Notes: generated by a model from the sequence alone, not told the origin. DNA of 63,743 nt, filler included, from Octopus bimaculoides (GCF_001194135.2; 9 parts of 6 records of this genome joined end to end with filler, not necessarily neighbours in it), one strand, 5' to 3'; shown: positions 14,015-26,659, numbered from the whole stretch's first letter. Program-made: numbers and translations.

Positions 14015-14717
14015 CCTATCAACATCTCGTAGGTGATGAAGACAGATGCCAAAACTCGTCTTCTCCGCTTGTTATCCATTCTCTTCCCCATCTCAATGTC
14101 AACCGATACAAATTCAATAAAACCGGGTCTTTTGAAGATCTTCTGTTGGTGGAACGTTCTCTAACTCACATATATTACTTGTGTGGGTCTCCAAGGCCAA
14201 GATTTGGTAATGCTCTTCGCACCCTTCCTCCTATCTACCAAGGGACACTTTTCTATCACTCCAACTACGGCCGTTTCCATGAGCGATATATAACTCCATC
14301 ATCCACCCATAAACTAGATATCTCACGAATAGTACATGTTTAAAATCTTCGAATGAAACCATAAGTGCGAGAATGAGATTTGTTTGGGGGATGCAAACCC
14401 AGTTTTGCAGGAGGATGTTCAAAAGCGTTTTCATTGAGTCCCCCATCAAATTTTAGCGGGTGCACTTGCACCCCTTCACACAATGTCCCCGTAAATGTGA
14501 AGGAAACCTCTGAAATATACATGTAAAACTTCCAAAGTTACTACTACTGCTGACCTTTGAAGTTCTTGTAGACTTTCTCTGGTGATCTAACATTGACAAC
14601 TTAGCAAAAACTTCATCTCAGAATAGATTCTCATTCATCAAAGTCAAAAACTACTTCAACGCCACGCAACCCCTAAATAGGATATTGTTACCATAGTGTA
14701 TGGAAAGGTATAACTAC

Positions 14718-15103
14718 TTGTTGTTGGCACTCCGTCGCTTACGACATCGAAGGTGCCAATTGATCCGATCAACGGAACAGCCTGCTCATGAAATTAACGT
14801 GCAAGTGGCTGAGCACTCCACAGACACGTGTACTCTTAAACGTAGTTCTCGGGGATATTCAGCGTGATACAGTGTGACACGGCTGACCCTTTGAAATACA
14901 GGTACAACAGAAACAGGAAGTAAGAGTGAGAGAAAGTTGTGGTGAAAGAGTACAGCAGAGTTCGCGACCATCCCCTGCCGGAGCTCGTGGAGCTTTAGGT
15001 GTTTTCGCTCAATAAACACTCACAACGCCCGGTCTGGGAATCGAAACCGCGATCCTATGACCGTGAGTCCGCTGCCCTAATCACTGGGCCATTGCGCCTC
15101 CAC
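14718..15103 (-). mobile_element. SINE family C (tRNA-derived, about 385 bp), full length
   Basis: Head GTGGAGGCGCAATGGCCCAGTG..TAGGGCAGCGGACTC..GGTTTCGATTCCCAGACC with A and B boxes; tail ...gtaagcgacggagtgccaacaacaa. Confidence 0.9.
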
Positions 15104-15282
15104 GGTGTTATTACTACATGCAATGTTATTGTCGATCCAAGGTCGAATTGAGACCCATACAGGCCCTCGGCATTTAAATGGTTTAGGTGGCCCCATATAT
15201 ATGTAATTCAAATTATGAATAATAACAAACCATAGAATAGATTTTTATTTTTCAAAGTGAAACAAAACTAAGATGGGAAATA

Positions 15283-15524
15283 ATGTCGTTGCTATTATGC
15301 AAAAGTGTCGTAAGTCCAAAACGTTGCTTTTTCAGAAAATGGAAAAATAGTTTCACCATTCCATAGCAAAACCGTTGACAAGTTTTGATATCTTGGCGTC
15401 TGAAGCTGCTGGAGATACGATATTTTGACCAAAAGAACCGGCTATTGCAAGCAAAAATAAATATTTGCAAAAACACATTTGGCCAAATTTGAACATACGA
15501 CAGTTTAACATAGTAGCAACGATG
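15283..15524. mobile_element. MITE with about 36-bp imperfect TIRs
   Basis: gtcgttgctattatgcaaaagtgtcgtaagtccaaa versus the reverse complement of the right end, atcgttgctactatgttaaactgtcgtatgttcaaa. TA-flanked. A second copy lies in the opposite orientation at 53745. Confidence 0.7.
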
Positions 15525-15796
15525 TATATTTTTCGATACTTTCATTTTATTTATATTTCAAAATTTTTCTCCTACTTTTTTTTTTAATTGCAGTCTTTGG
15601 TCAGATACTCATTATGACATCATGAACACATCGAAATTATATTTCCGATCATATGAACCATTTCGAATATTATTTTAGGAAATATAAAGTAATTTCTTTT
15701 GTGCCGTAAACCATTTACCATTTCTGTGGCGCTCACTTACCTTGATGCTTTAAAGCCTTGTGAGTGAATCTGGTAGACAGAAACTGTATAGAAGCC

Positions 15797-16028
15797 AGGC
15801 GGTGAGCTGGCAGAAACGTAAGCACGCCGAGCGAAATGCTTAGCGGTATTTCGTCTGCCGTTACGTTTTGAGTTCAAATTCCGTCGAGGTCGACTTTGCC
15901 TTTCATCCTTTCGGGGTCGATAAAATAAGTACCAGTTACGCACTGGGGTCGATGTAATAGACTTAATCCCTTTGTCTGTCCTTGTTTGTCCCCTCTACGT
16001 TTAGCCCCTTGTGGGCAATAAAGAAATA
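15797..16028 (+). mobile_element. SINE family A (ggcggcgagctggcagaa...gtcgactttgcctttcatcctttcggggtcgataaa), nested in a family B SINE
   Basis: Perfect 18-bp target-site duplication AGAAACTGTATAGAAGCC at 15779-15796 and 16029-16046. Confidence 0.9.
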
Positions 16029-16758
16029 AGAAACTGTATAGAAGCCCGCTGTATAAATACATGTGTATTTTTAAATGTCTGTATGTGTATATATATATGT
16101 GTGTGTGCGTGCCTTTCTATTTGTGTTTGTTTCTTCACAGCTTGACGACTAGTATTGGTTTGTTGAGGTCCCCGTAAGTTAGTGGTTCGATAAAAGAAAT
16201 CGATAGACTAAACACCAAACGTAAAAGGTATGTAGTGGAGTCGATTCGTTCGACTTAACTCGTCAAGACTTTGTCCAATGATTGAAACAAGTAAAAGTCA
16301 AAAGAACTACGAACAATGCCCTTCCATTGCTGGACGTTTTATTAAAACCGGCATTTTGTTCTAATTTAAGATAAATCTTTCCTCAGGAGACCTTAGTTTT
16401 TATCTTTAAAAAATATGTAATGTTCAGAAAAAAAACAACAAATTTTCAGGTTTACCAAAGACAGCTGCCATTCCTATTCAATTTTCATGAGAACAGAATT
16501 TATCTTGTCGGATTCATTCCACGTTCATTGCTCAAATTTCATATGCAATATATCATGTCAGAACAAGATGTCAGACAGTGATTTGCATCGTAAATGTTAT
16601 ATTTCTAATATGGAGGTTGTTGAAACAAGCTGGGTTCATTTTGTCACTTTTCTCTCAGTTAATAAAATTCCAAACAGTGAATAATATCGTCTGATACAAA
16701 ATATACGTTGTCATGGAAGGATGTAGATAAACCTTTGCTAATATGTTGGAACGGATTA

Positions 16759-16977
16759 AGGCAGTGAGCTAGCAGAATTGTTCGCACGTCGGGCGAAATG
16801 CCTAGTGGTATTTCGTCTGTCTTTACGTTCTGGGTTCAAATTCCGCCGATGTCGACTTCGCCTTTCATCCTATCGGGGTCGATGAAATAAATACCATTTT
16901 AGCTCTGGGGCCGATGTAATAGACTTACCCCCTCCCCCAGAAATTGCCGGCCTTGTGCCAACATTTCAAACCGATAT
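16759..16977 (+). mobile_element. SINE family A
   Basis: Full-length match to family A. Confidence 0.85.
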
Positions 16978-17248
16978 GTAGAAACGCGTTTACAACAAGA
17001 ATTTCAAATTCTTTGAATTGGATATGAATTCTTCAACCCGAAACATTTTCGCTTTTCTACTACAAGTAGAGAAGGCACAAAAAAGGGTAATAATTAAGGG
17101 TCATGGTAAAAAAACTCTTTAAATAATTGATTGGATACATACTGCAATAAATTAGATTTAAATTGTTTATCTAAGATGATTGAGGCTGAGTGGGATGTAT
17201 GCATTTCTAATTAATGGTGAATTCAGAAATTGATCAAGAAATCAAACT

Positions 17249-17408
17249 GGCGCAGGAGTGGCTGTGTGGTCAGAAAGTTGCTTCCAAACCACATGGTCCC
17301 AGGTTCAGTCCCACAGCGGGGTAACTTGGGCAAATGTCTTCTACAATAGCCTCGGGCCAACCAAAGCCTTGTGAGGATTTGGTAGACGGAAACTGAAAGA
17401 ATCCCGTC

Positions 17409-17446
<38 letters not shown>

Positions 17447-17649
17447 TTATTTGTGTGTCTGTGTTTGTCCCGCCTCATCTCTTGACAACCGATGTTGATG
17501 TGTTTCTGTCTCCGTAACTTAGCGGTTCGGCAATAGAATAAGTTTTTGGCTTAAAATGAATAAGTCCAGTCCTGGGGTAGATTAGTTCGACTAAAGGTGG
17601 TGCTCCAGAGTGGCCGCAGTCAAATGACTGAACTAAGTAAAAGAGTAAA
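17249..17649 (+). mobile_element. SINE family B, full length
   Basis: Box A/B-like head tggctgtgtgg...ggttcagtccc, internal (TA)n and a conserved tail. Confidence 0.85.
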
Positions 17650-18293
17650 GATAATTCGTTTGCTACTAATCATTTTTTAAATTAGCACTGGACGACAAAA
17701 TCGGTTGAACGTCGGTAAAATACTCTCTGGCATTTACTTACGACCGTTTACATTACTGGTATCAGTTGTGTTTTTCATCATTCTGGGGTCGATTGGTGTG
17801 GATTTAACCAATTGTGTCTAATGCTGCAAATGTTTGATCTTGTTTTATAGAAATCCTATTTTAGCACTGTTTTATCATTGAAAACGTGATATTTTGGTAG
17901 TTTGCATCAGACAATTTTTAGGGCTTAGTCCAGAGAAAGGCGTATGCCAATACGCCTTTCACTGACTCTCCACGGTGAGGAGGTAGCGGTTTATTCTCAG
18001 TTTAAACATCTGAAAGTTGCTGTATGGTAGAGTGATGAAGGGAGTTATCACAGAAGCTAGACAACTGGGTAGAGAAGATTGGACAAGTGGACGATCGTTG
18101 AATATTCTTTAGAAATGAAAACAATTCTTTAACAGCGATTAATAATCGTAGGGTAGGAAGATTTTAATGTCAGGATATAACTGCAAAAATTGCAAGATGC
18201 CAGTCGTCTCAATTGATTCTGAGAGAGAGATAGAAATAGATAGATAGAAAGAAATAGAGAAAGAGAGATAGATAGAGAGAGAAAGATAGAAAG

Positions 18294-18342
<49 letters not shown>

Positions 18343-19239
18343 AAGGATAAAGTGTGAAAGAAAGAGGAGAGGAATTTGAGTTAATTGCAATGATATTTGA
18401 GCATTTGAACCATAAAAGGTCGCCTTAACATATCAACAACAAATATAAGTTCTGGTATTCTTTTCTCTGCAAAACTTGAAAACTACTTGGTTTCCCAATG
18501 ATAGAGTCTCGTTGTGGTCGTTCGGCTGCTAAAAATAGCATCAGAATATACCATAAAATCACACACGTCCCCGTAACCTAGCGGTTCGGAAAAAACAACC
18601 GACAGACTAAGTACCAGGTTTTAAGAAAGAAATATGTTCTGGGGTCGATTCGTTCAACTAAAATCCCAGCATGGCCGTAGTCTAATGACTGAAACAAGTA
18701 AACGATAAAAGACATTGGAAACATAGTTCTAGATATACAAAAAAAACAAAAACGAACAAACAAAAAACACAAGATGAGGTAGTCACGGCAGGTAAGACTT
18801 TGATCAGATCTCTTTGTTCAAAGCTGACTGTGCAGTTATAACAACTACTACTACACTGTGGTAGTCGCTTCTTACGTATTTATGACCAGACATGCATATT
18901 CAACAAGCCGCTTAAACGATTTATTAGAAAAGTCTCTAGTTTCATATTGTATTTATTTTTGAGACTCTTATATTTCCTCGTCAAACAGAAATACGATATA
19001 AATAGATATTAAAGCAGGGAATATTAGTTAGTTCTGTAGGATAAAGAATACTGCATTTAAGTATAGGAAAAAAAAATCTATCAAAACTAAGTTTCTTACT
19101 GATAATGTATGACTAAATTTTATAAAAGAAATTCTGGAAAATATTGTGAGAGGTGTCTGTGAATAAAATCAAAAAGGTAAGAAATGAGACAGAAAAAAAA
19201 AATGATTATAGCAATAATATCAACATTTACGACGGAAAT

Positions 19240-20070
19240 AATGATTCGTTCTACTATAGAGACAAGGTTTAGAATTTTAGGGGCAGGGGAAAATCGATTA
19301 CATTGATCCCAGTGCTCAGCTGGTATCTATTTTATCGATATTTAAAGGATGATATATAAAGTTGTCTTCGGTGGTATTTGAGTTCAGAACGTAAAGTCGG
19401 AAGAAGTGCTGCTAAGCATTTTGGTTTCAAATTTTGGTACAAGGCCAGCAATTTCGGAGGAGTGGGTTCGAGTCGATTACAGAGCTCAACTGATATTTAT
19501 TTATCGATTCCAAAAGGATGACAGGTAAAGTCGACCCCAGCAGCATTTGAATTCAGAATGTAAAATCAGAAGGGGTACCGCTAAGTATTTTGTCCGATGC
19601 AGTAACTATTCGTTCAGCTCGTCGATCATATGGTTTCAAATTTTAGCCCAAGGCCATCAATTTTAGAGGAGGAAATTTGTCAATCACATCTATTCCATTG
19701 CTCAATTGGCATTTATTTTATCGGTCCCGAAAGAATGAAAGGCAAAGTCGACCTCATCGGAATTTGGTAAGCGTAGAAATATTTCGCAGAGCATCTTATC
19801 CTACTTCTACACATCTTGTTTTCAACCGCCCTCATGTAACAACCACTATAATAATCCTCTCTAAGTTTTGGCCCAAAGCCAGTAATTTTGATAGGAGGGG
19901 CAAGTCGATTACATCAACTCTGATCCTTAACTGGTATTTATTTTATCGACGCCGAAAGGATGAAAGGCAAAGTGGATCTCAGCGGAATTTGAACTCAAAA
20001 CAGATAAACGTAAAAAAAAAAATTTACAAAGCATTTCGTTCTAGTTCTGTAGATCCTGTTATCAACCACC
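19240..20070 (-). mobile_element. Head-to-tail array of four family A SINEs
   Basis: The ttttatcga...gaaaggatgaaaggcaaagtcgacc...aatttgaactcagaac module repeats at about 19330, 19500, 19720 and 19940. Confidence 0.8.
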
Positions 20071-20744
20071 TTCATATAACAACTAGCATAATAATAAATA
20101 TACTTAATGATATATATTAAAAGGAAGACAAAAGATAGAGTATTAAACCAAAGACAAAATGTAAAAAAGTACAATACATCAAATCAAAATTGCTAGAAAA
20201 TGAAAAACAATGTACATTATGAGACGACGACAATAAACATTACAAATATTGACAAGTAAACAACATACAATTACAGGAATGAGAAACGGGGGAGAAAAAC
20301 GAAAAGATAAAAAATCAGAGAGAAAATAAGCAAAGAGAAATTCTTCCTCTAGAAAAACAAAAAAAAAAGAACACAATCATTTCATTGCCTGAAACAATGT
20401 GAGTAGAAATGTAACGTTAAATAAAAGAATTCTATTTTGCTATTTTTTTTTCAAAAAATGCATCATTTTCTTTATTGATCGTTTTATCAGATATTCTAGT
20501 TTCAATAATTATGATGCCTTAGTAAAGTAGACAGTAGCAAATATAATAGAGGACAGAAATGAGATTGTTGAGCATCGAAGTGAGTTTTGCTCTAACTAGA
20601 ATTTGAAACCAGATGCCAGAATCGAATCGCCTTTTGCTTTACATCATTTCCGCTCTAAATGCCGTGTCTTTTGAAAGGAAACGCTGCCTTCGTTATGAGA
20701 TGTTATATTTTGCCGGGAGCAATTGCGAAGTAAATGAAATCCTT

Positions 20745-20886
20745 TCTACTAAAGGCACACAGCTTTAAATTTGTGGGGAGGGGACTAGTCAATTACAGCG
20801 ACTCCAGTGTTTCACTGGTACTTAATTTATCGAACCCGAAGGGATGAAAGGCAACGTTGACCTCGGCGGAATTTGAACTCAGAACG
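20745..20886 (-). mobile_element. SINE family A, truncated where a family C SINE begins
   Basis: Family A body ends at gaactcagaacg, directly followed by a family C head. Confidence 0.8.
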
Positions 20887-21255
20887 TGGCCCAGTGGTTA
20901 GGGCAGCGGACTCGCGGTCATAGGATCGCCATTTCGATTCCCAAACCGTGCGTTGTGAGTGTTTATTGAACGAAAACACCTAAAGCTCCACGAAGATCCG
21001 GCAGGGGATGGTGGTGAACCCTGTCGTACTCTTTCACCACAACTTTCTCTCACTCTTTCTTCCTGTTTCTGTTGTACCTGTAATTCAAAGGGCCAGCCTT
21101 GTCACACTCTGTGTCATGATGAATCTCCCCGAGAACTACGTTAAGGGTACACGTGTCTGTGGAGTGCTCAGCCACTTGCTCGTTAATTTCACGAACAGGC
21201 TGTTCCGTTGATCGGATCAACTGGAACCCTCGTCGTCGTAACCGACAGAGTGTCA
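20887..21255 (+). mobile_element. SINE family C
   Basis: Match to family C. Confidence 0.9.
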
Positions 21256-21799
21256 CGATATGTGTTATCTCCGAATCAATATTGCAGTAAATTTGCTTTT
21301 TCGATATGTATTTACATTAAATATGATATAGAGATGGCTATTTGATTATAATATTGCTTCTGTTGTATATAACAGATTCTTATTCATCCGGGCGGCTAAT
21401 TGTAAAGACCAAAGATTCTTTAATAATTGTTTTCCTGTATCGGTAACAACGGATTTCGTCTGTGTATGCGATTGGCAGTGATTATATGCTACTGACAGCT
21501 CCCAACAAGGCGGGAATACCTATAAATAAATATCACTGGCTCTTGGACGACCTTCATCTTTTTGCAATATATGTTGTCGTTTTAAACACAGCACGTCCAT
21601 AAGAGATGTTATCTCCGGACGAATACTGCGGAAAATTTGTCTTTTCACTACGTATTTGCATTAAGTACGATGCACATATGACTTTAACAGTGATACTGCT
21701 TCTGTTTTACACCGTCGATATATATTTATATTTATTATTCTTAAGCAAGAATATTATTGTCAGTGACTTCGAAGTTTCGACCAGTTAAGCCATCGTCGG

Positions 21800-21875
<76 letters not shown>

Positions 21876-22074
21876 CTATGGACGGACGGTAGACGTGTCG
21901 GCTCCGTAAGTTTTGCCTTTTTTATGTTTTAAAAAGTTTGTTTGTAAAGTTTATTTTATATAGAAAGTTGTATAACAACTTATAGACTCTCTGGTGCAAG
22001 TTTTTTGCAACGGAAATCTGCCCTGTGTGGCACATTTCCAGGTTTTAAAAATCAATTTCGGCTTTCTAGCCATT

Positions 22075-22174
22075 NNNNNNNNNNNNNNNNNNNNNNNNNN
22101 NNNNNNNNNNNNNNNNNNTTAATTAATTAANNNNNNNNNNNNNNNNNNNNNNNNNNNNNNNNNNNNNNNNNNNN
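22075..22174. other. Artificial scaffold join: 44 N + TTAATTAATTAA + 44 N
   Basis: Identical 100-bp layout at eight sites; the linker has stops in all six frames. Confidence 0.97.
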
Positions 22175-22527
22175 TTGTTGTTCCAGTTGATCCGATCAAT
22201 GGAACAGCCTGCTCGTGAAATTAACGTGCAAGTGGCTGAGCACTCCACAGACACGTGTACCCTTAACGTAGTTCTCGGGGATATTCAGCGTGACAGTGTG
22301 ACAAGGCTGACCTTTGAATTACAGGCACAACAGAAACAGGAAGAAAGAGTGAGAGAAAGTTGTGGTGGAAGAGTACAGCAGGGTTTGCCACCATCCCCTG
22401 CCGGAGCCTCGTGGAGCTTTAGGTGTTTTCGCTCAATAAACACTCAAAACGCCCGGTCTGGGAATCGAAACCGCAATCCTACGACCGCGAGTCCGCTGCT
22501 CTAACCACTGGGCCATTGCGCCTCCAC
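22175..22527 (-). mobile_element. SINE family C (3' end cut by join)
   Basis: Match to family C. Confidence 0.9.
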
Positions 22528-22587
22528 TTACCTACATATACACATATGTATATATGCATATATATTTGTGTACATATATATTTATAT

Positions 22588-22912
22588 ACATTGCTTTGAA
22601 CTGGCACCCCAACGGTTACGATTACGAGTGTTCTAGTTGATCTGATCAACAAGACAACCTGCTGGTGACGTTAACGTGCAAGTGGCTGAGCATTCCACAG
22701 ACACGTGTACCCTTAACGTAGATCTCAGGGAGATTCACCGTGACACACTGAACGGGACAAGGCTGGCCCTTTGTATAACAGGTACTACCAATTTTTGCCA
22801 GCTAAGTGGACTGGGGCAACAAGGAATAAAATATTTTGCTCAAGGATAAACGCGCCGACGAGTATTGAACTGATGACCTTACGATCGTGAGTCGAATACC
22901 CTAACCATCACT
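22588..22912 (-). mobile_element. SINE with a family D-like head and a family C tail
   Basis: 3' part matches the family C tail. The 5' part (gggtattcgactcacgatcgtaaggtc...ccttgagcaaaata) matches the heads at 10091 and 12538. Confidence 0.7.
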
Positions 22913-23415
22913 ACTCACACGTATATATCTACACAAGCATACATACATACATATACATAAACCCAGAAACATACAGACATACACACATATATGTATAGTC
23001 ACAAACTTATATACATACACTCATATTTGTATAACCACATACACTCATATACATATATACATGTATACAGACCAATATACATGCATACATATTTATATAT
23101 ATATGAGTGTGTGTGTGTGTATGTATGTATGTGCGTGTGTATACCTGTTTAAAAACCGAGAAAGCAACAACTTAAGGCAATCAAAAACATATAGAAGTGT
23201 GGTATAGGGTTATTCACATGAAGGCACTTACATGACAACACGTATTTCATTCGCCTTTCGAGATTATCAGACTGCACGCCATAGAATTCAGGTTTTATAC
23301 ATGCACACCAACATCCACCCATCCATCCATCCATACATACATACATACGTACGTCTGGTCCTCAAAGGTAGTATTGGGGAGGGGGATCTGAGAACTAAAT
23401 TCAAAATTTCATATA

Positions 23416-24545
23416 TATTGGGTCATCCCATAAATAATGCAGTTTTTTTTATACTTTATTTTTCGAAATTAAGATAAACAAAGTTCTTTTTAATCTAAAA
23501 CATACCCTCCCTCATTTTCAACAATGCTATTCCATATTTCTGGTAGATAGAAGATCCCTCTTCCAAAATTCACTTGTCTGTGATGAAAAATATTCCTCCA
23601 GTACTGTTATGACCTCGTCTACAGAATTCATATTTTTTCCGACCAAATGATTTTGAAGACTGCGGAATAAATGATCAGATGGGGCAATGACCAGCGAATT
23701 TGGTGGGTGGGGCATCGTTTCTCATTCAAACTGCTTCAGCCTTTGGAATGTCATCCTCGCTGTATGTGGGCGAGCATTATTCTGGTGGAAGAACACCTTT
23801 TGTCTTGAAACCAAAGATAGTCGTTTTCCTGGTAGCACTGACTTAAGCCGCTCTAGCTGCTTGCAGTAGACCTCCTTTGTTATCGTTTGGATTGGGCTTA
23901 AAAATTCAAAGTGAACTAAATCTTTCATATCCCATTAAACAGATAACAACACCTGACGTGGGTGAATAAGTTCTTTAGCCTGGAGTGCTGGCATTTCTCC
24001 TTTCCCTGCCCGCTGTCTTCGGCGCTTGACATTTTTTATAGAGAACCCATTTCTGGTCACCAGTTACTATTCGGTCCAAAAAAGGTTCATTTGTGAGACG
24101 TGACACCAAAGAAGCGCACACATTCACTCTCTGCACGCGATTAGACTCAGAATGTTTGAGGAACCCATTGACCCAATTTGCTGGCTTTTCCGATGTCACA
24201 CAGGTGTCAATGAATGGTTGAATGACCAAGCTTCTCTGCTAGTTCCTCAACAGTTACGCTGGGATTTTGTTCCACCAAGATTTGCAGGACGACCTCGTCA
24301 AGCTCTACAGATCTCCCAGGACGAGGCTTGTTTTCTAGGCTGTAGTTTCCGGCTCGGAATTTCTGGAACAACCGTTGACATTAGCTTACGCTTATTGTCC
24401 TATCCCCATATACTGCATTAATATTCCTCGCACTTACCGTTGCGTTGTTAACTTTATTGAACTCATAAAAAGCAAAATATGCCGAATAAAGCTCCTTTGT
24501 CACTTCCATTATAGCTTTGAAAAAATAACTGTTAAAATCGAACCG
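23416..24545 (-). mobile_element. Tc1/mariner (mariner-type) transposon, decayed, one end cut by scaffold join
   Basis: TIR-like tattgggtcatcccataaataatgc at about 23416. Transposase remnants run across several frames. The other terminus is lost at the 24546 join. Confidence 0.9.
23490..24509 (-). pseudogene. Mariner transposase pseudogene (about 340 codons, frameshifted)
   Basis: MEVTKE..ILxYEFNK HTH start, WV.H..SESNRVQRVNVCASL, FLDRIVTGDQKWVLY, FHQNNARPH, IAPSD.HLFRSLQNHL, C-terminal IVENEGGYVLD*. Confidence 0.92.
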
Positions 24546-24645
24546 NNNNNNNNNNNNNNNNNNNNNNNNNNNNNNNNNNNNNNNNNNNNTTAATTAATTA
24601 ANNNNNNNNNNNNNNNNNNNNNNNNNNNNNNNNNNNNNNNNNNNN
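24546..24645. other. Artificial scaffold join
   Basis: Linker at 24590-24601. Confidence 0.97.
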
Positions 24646-24713
24646 AGTCTAGACGGCGTTTTTAGATTTCATTATTCTCTTTAACCCGGGCAACGCCGGG
24701 TATTTCTGCTAGT
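24646..24713 (+). mobile_element. Helitron-type 3' terminus
   Basis: ACCCGG-GCAACG-CCGGGT hairpin followed by CTAG|T. A near-identical copy lies at 26704-26771. Confidence 0.65.
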
Positions 24714-26659
24714 TTATTATATAAACAATATATGCGTATAAATTACGATTAAACCGGATGAAATATGTCACAGGGAATAACATTTTTATGACCGCCCAGC
24801 AGTAACTCTATTGAGCTGAATAGACGTCAGTGATTGGTTGAAATTACAGAAATACGACAACTTTAACATGGAATAACTTGCGAATTCCTTTTTTTTTTGT
24901 TAAGAAGACTAAGAGTAAAAGATGTTTTATATGACACATTCTACCAGTGTCCCAAGTTTCAAAGTGTTTCGTTAAGAAAATACTGGCGCCCCCGTTTTAA
25001 AATAGATCCCAATTCAGAAATCTACTCGATGCCTATGAAATATTTAAAATCATTTGAACAGATTTGTGAGGTTTTTACACTATCCTCTCATATCCATTAT
25101 TTCCACACAGTCTCAGCGTGAGTCTAAGATGCCATTCCAGTCCTACCCCATTAACACAAACGAGAGGGTACTTCCATGAATGTTTCCAGACGCCCAAATA
25201 AGTTTGGTTGTGCGGTTCTAGTTGCAATCTAAATGCTTCTAAGGCCAAGATCTATTCATACCTCCGTAGTTTTTACTTTCAAAAAATTTTAAAGTAGCTA
25301 TTACATGATTTCAAACATCCCATCTAAGGATCTTTTTTTCCAACTAAGTATATGGATAATTTCAGTTAATTGAAAGCTTTTCGATTCCTTACATTATAAA
25401 TTTAAGACTCTACCATATAATGTAACTTATTTCTCTAGAAAATTTCACGATTTAAAAGATTATTGAAAGTTTAGCAATTTTGTTTTTTCTGTAGCAAACT
25501 GAATTCGTCTTTTTTTATCCACTCCTCAACCAATTCCTGTTGTTGTTGCTGCTGCATTCTGTCCTCTTCAACTTCCTGTCGCCGTCACATGTCATCAGAA
25601 AATGAGATAATTGCCATCAAATGATTCGTTGTCACTGGGTCCGAGAGGACGATGCCATCTCCAACACTAGCAACCAGTCTCCTCCTCCTTCCTTCTCTCT
25701 CTATCATCATCATCATCATCATCATTATTTTGATCTGCTGTCTCCTCAATGTAAAGTGTGACGAGAGATACAACCTTACATTTGAACTCCATGTTTGTAC
25801 TCACTGTTTTTATCTGCTGGGTAATGAGGGAATTTCTATGCGGTTGTTCGACTTGTTAGAAATAACACACAAAACTCTCTCAAAATCATACTCTATCAGA
25901 TTGATATGTATGTACTTTAGTGGTTTACAAAAAAAAAAAAAAAAAANNNNNNNNNNNNNNNNNNNNNNNNNNNNNNNNNNNNNNNNNNNNNNNNNNNNNN
26001 NNNNNNNNNNNNNNNNNNNNNNNNNNNNNNNNNNNNNNNNNNNNNNNNNNNNNNNNNNNNNNNNNNNNNNNNNNNNNNNNNNNNNNNNNNNNNNNNNNNN
26101 NNNNNNNNNNNNNNNNNNNNNNNNNNNNNNNNNNNNNNNNNNNNNNNNNNNNNNNNNNNNNNNNNNNNNNNNNNNNNNNNNNNNNNNNNNNNNNNNNNNN
26201 NNNNNNNNNNNNNNNNNNNNNNNNNNNNNNNNNNNNNNNNNNNNNNNNNNNNNNNNNNNNNNNNNNNNNNNNNNNNNNNNNNNNNNNNNNNNNNNNNNNN
26301 NNNNNNNNNNNNNNNNNNNNNNNNNNNNNNNNNNNNNNNNNNNNNNNNNNNNNNNNNNNNNNNNNNNNNNNNNNNNNNNNNNNNNNNNNNNNNNNNNNNN
26401 NNNNNNNNNNNNNNNNNNNNNNNNNNNNNNNNNNNNNNNNNNNTTGTCAAGTAAATGAGACGCATCTTTGCCTCCACTGATTCACTTGCAAAGTGTTGAG
26501 TAAAATTATTTCGTTGCAGACCTCCTTTGAGTCTTTTTATTATCACTGCGACACATAGTCCCCAGTTGGTAACACTGATTTCAAGGCCTTCCCAGATGAG
26601 AGACTGGCATTCCACTTAATGTTTATGTTCCATGCTGGCATGGATTGGAGAGTTGTTAA

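Noticed and set aside
14020-14340. Possible LINE C-terminal remnant on the minus strand (LQK...RRVL-like words)
   Set aside because: Needs several frameshifts and has no diagnostic motif.
14990-15103. tRNA-like sequences (also 20887, 22440, 31260, 56939, 17249, 34593)
   Set aside because: They are SINE heads with A/B boxes that continue into shared SINE bodies; no complete cloverleaf or acceptor stem.
20887-22527. Inverted pair of family C SINEs as a dsRNA substrate
   Set aside because: An artificial join (22075-22174) lies between them, so the adjacency is unverified.
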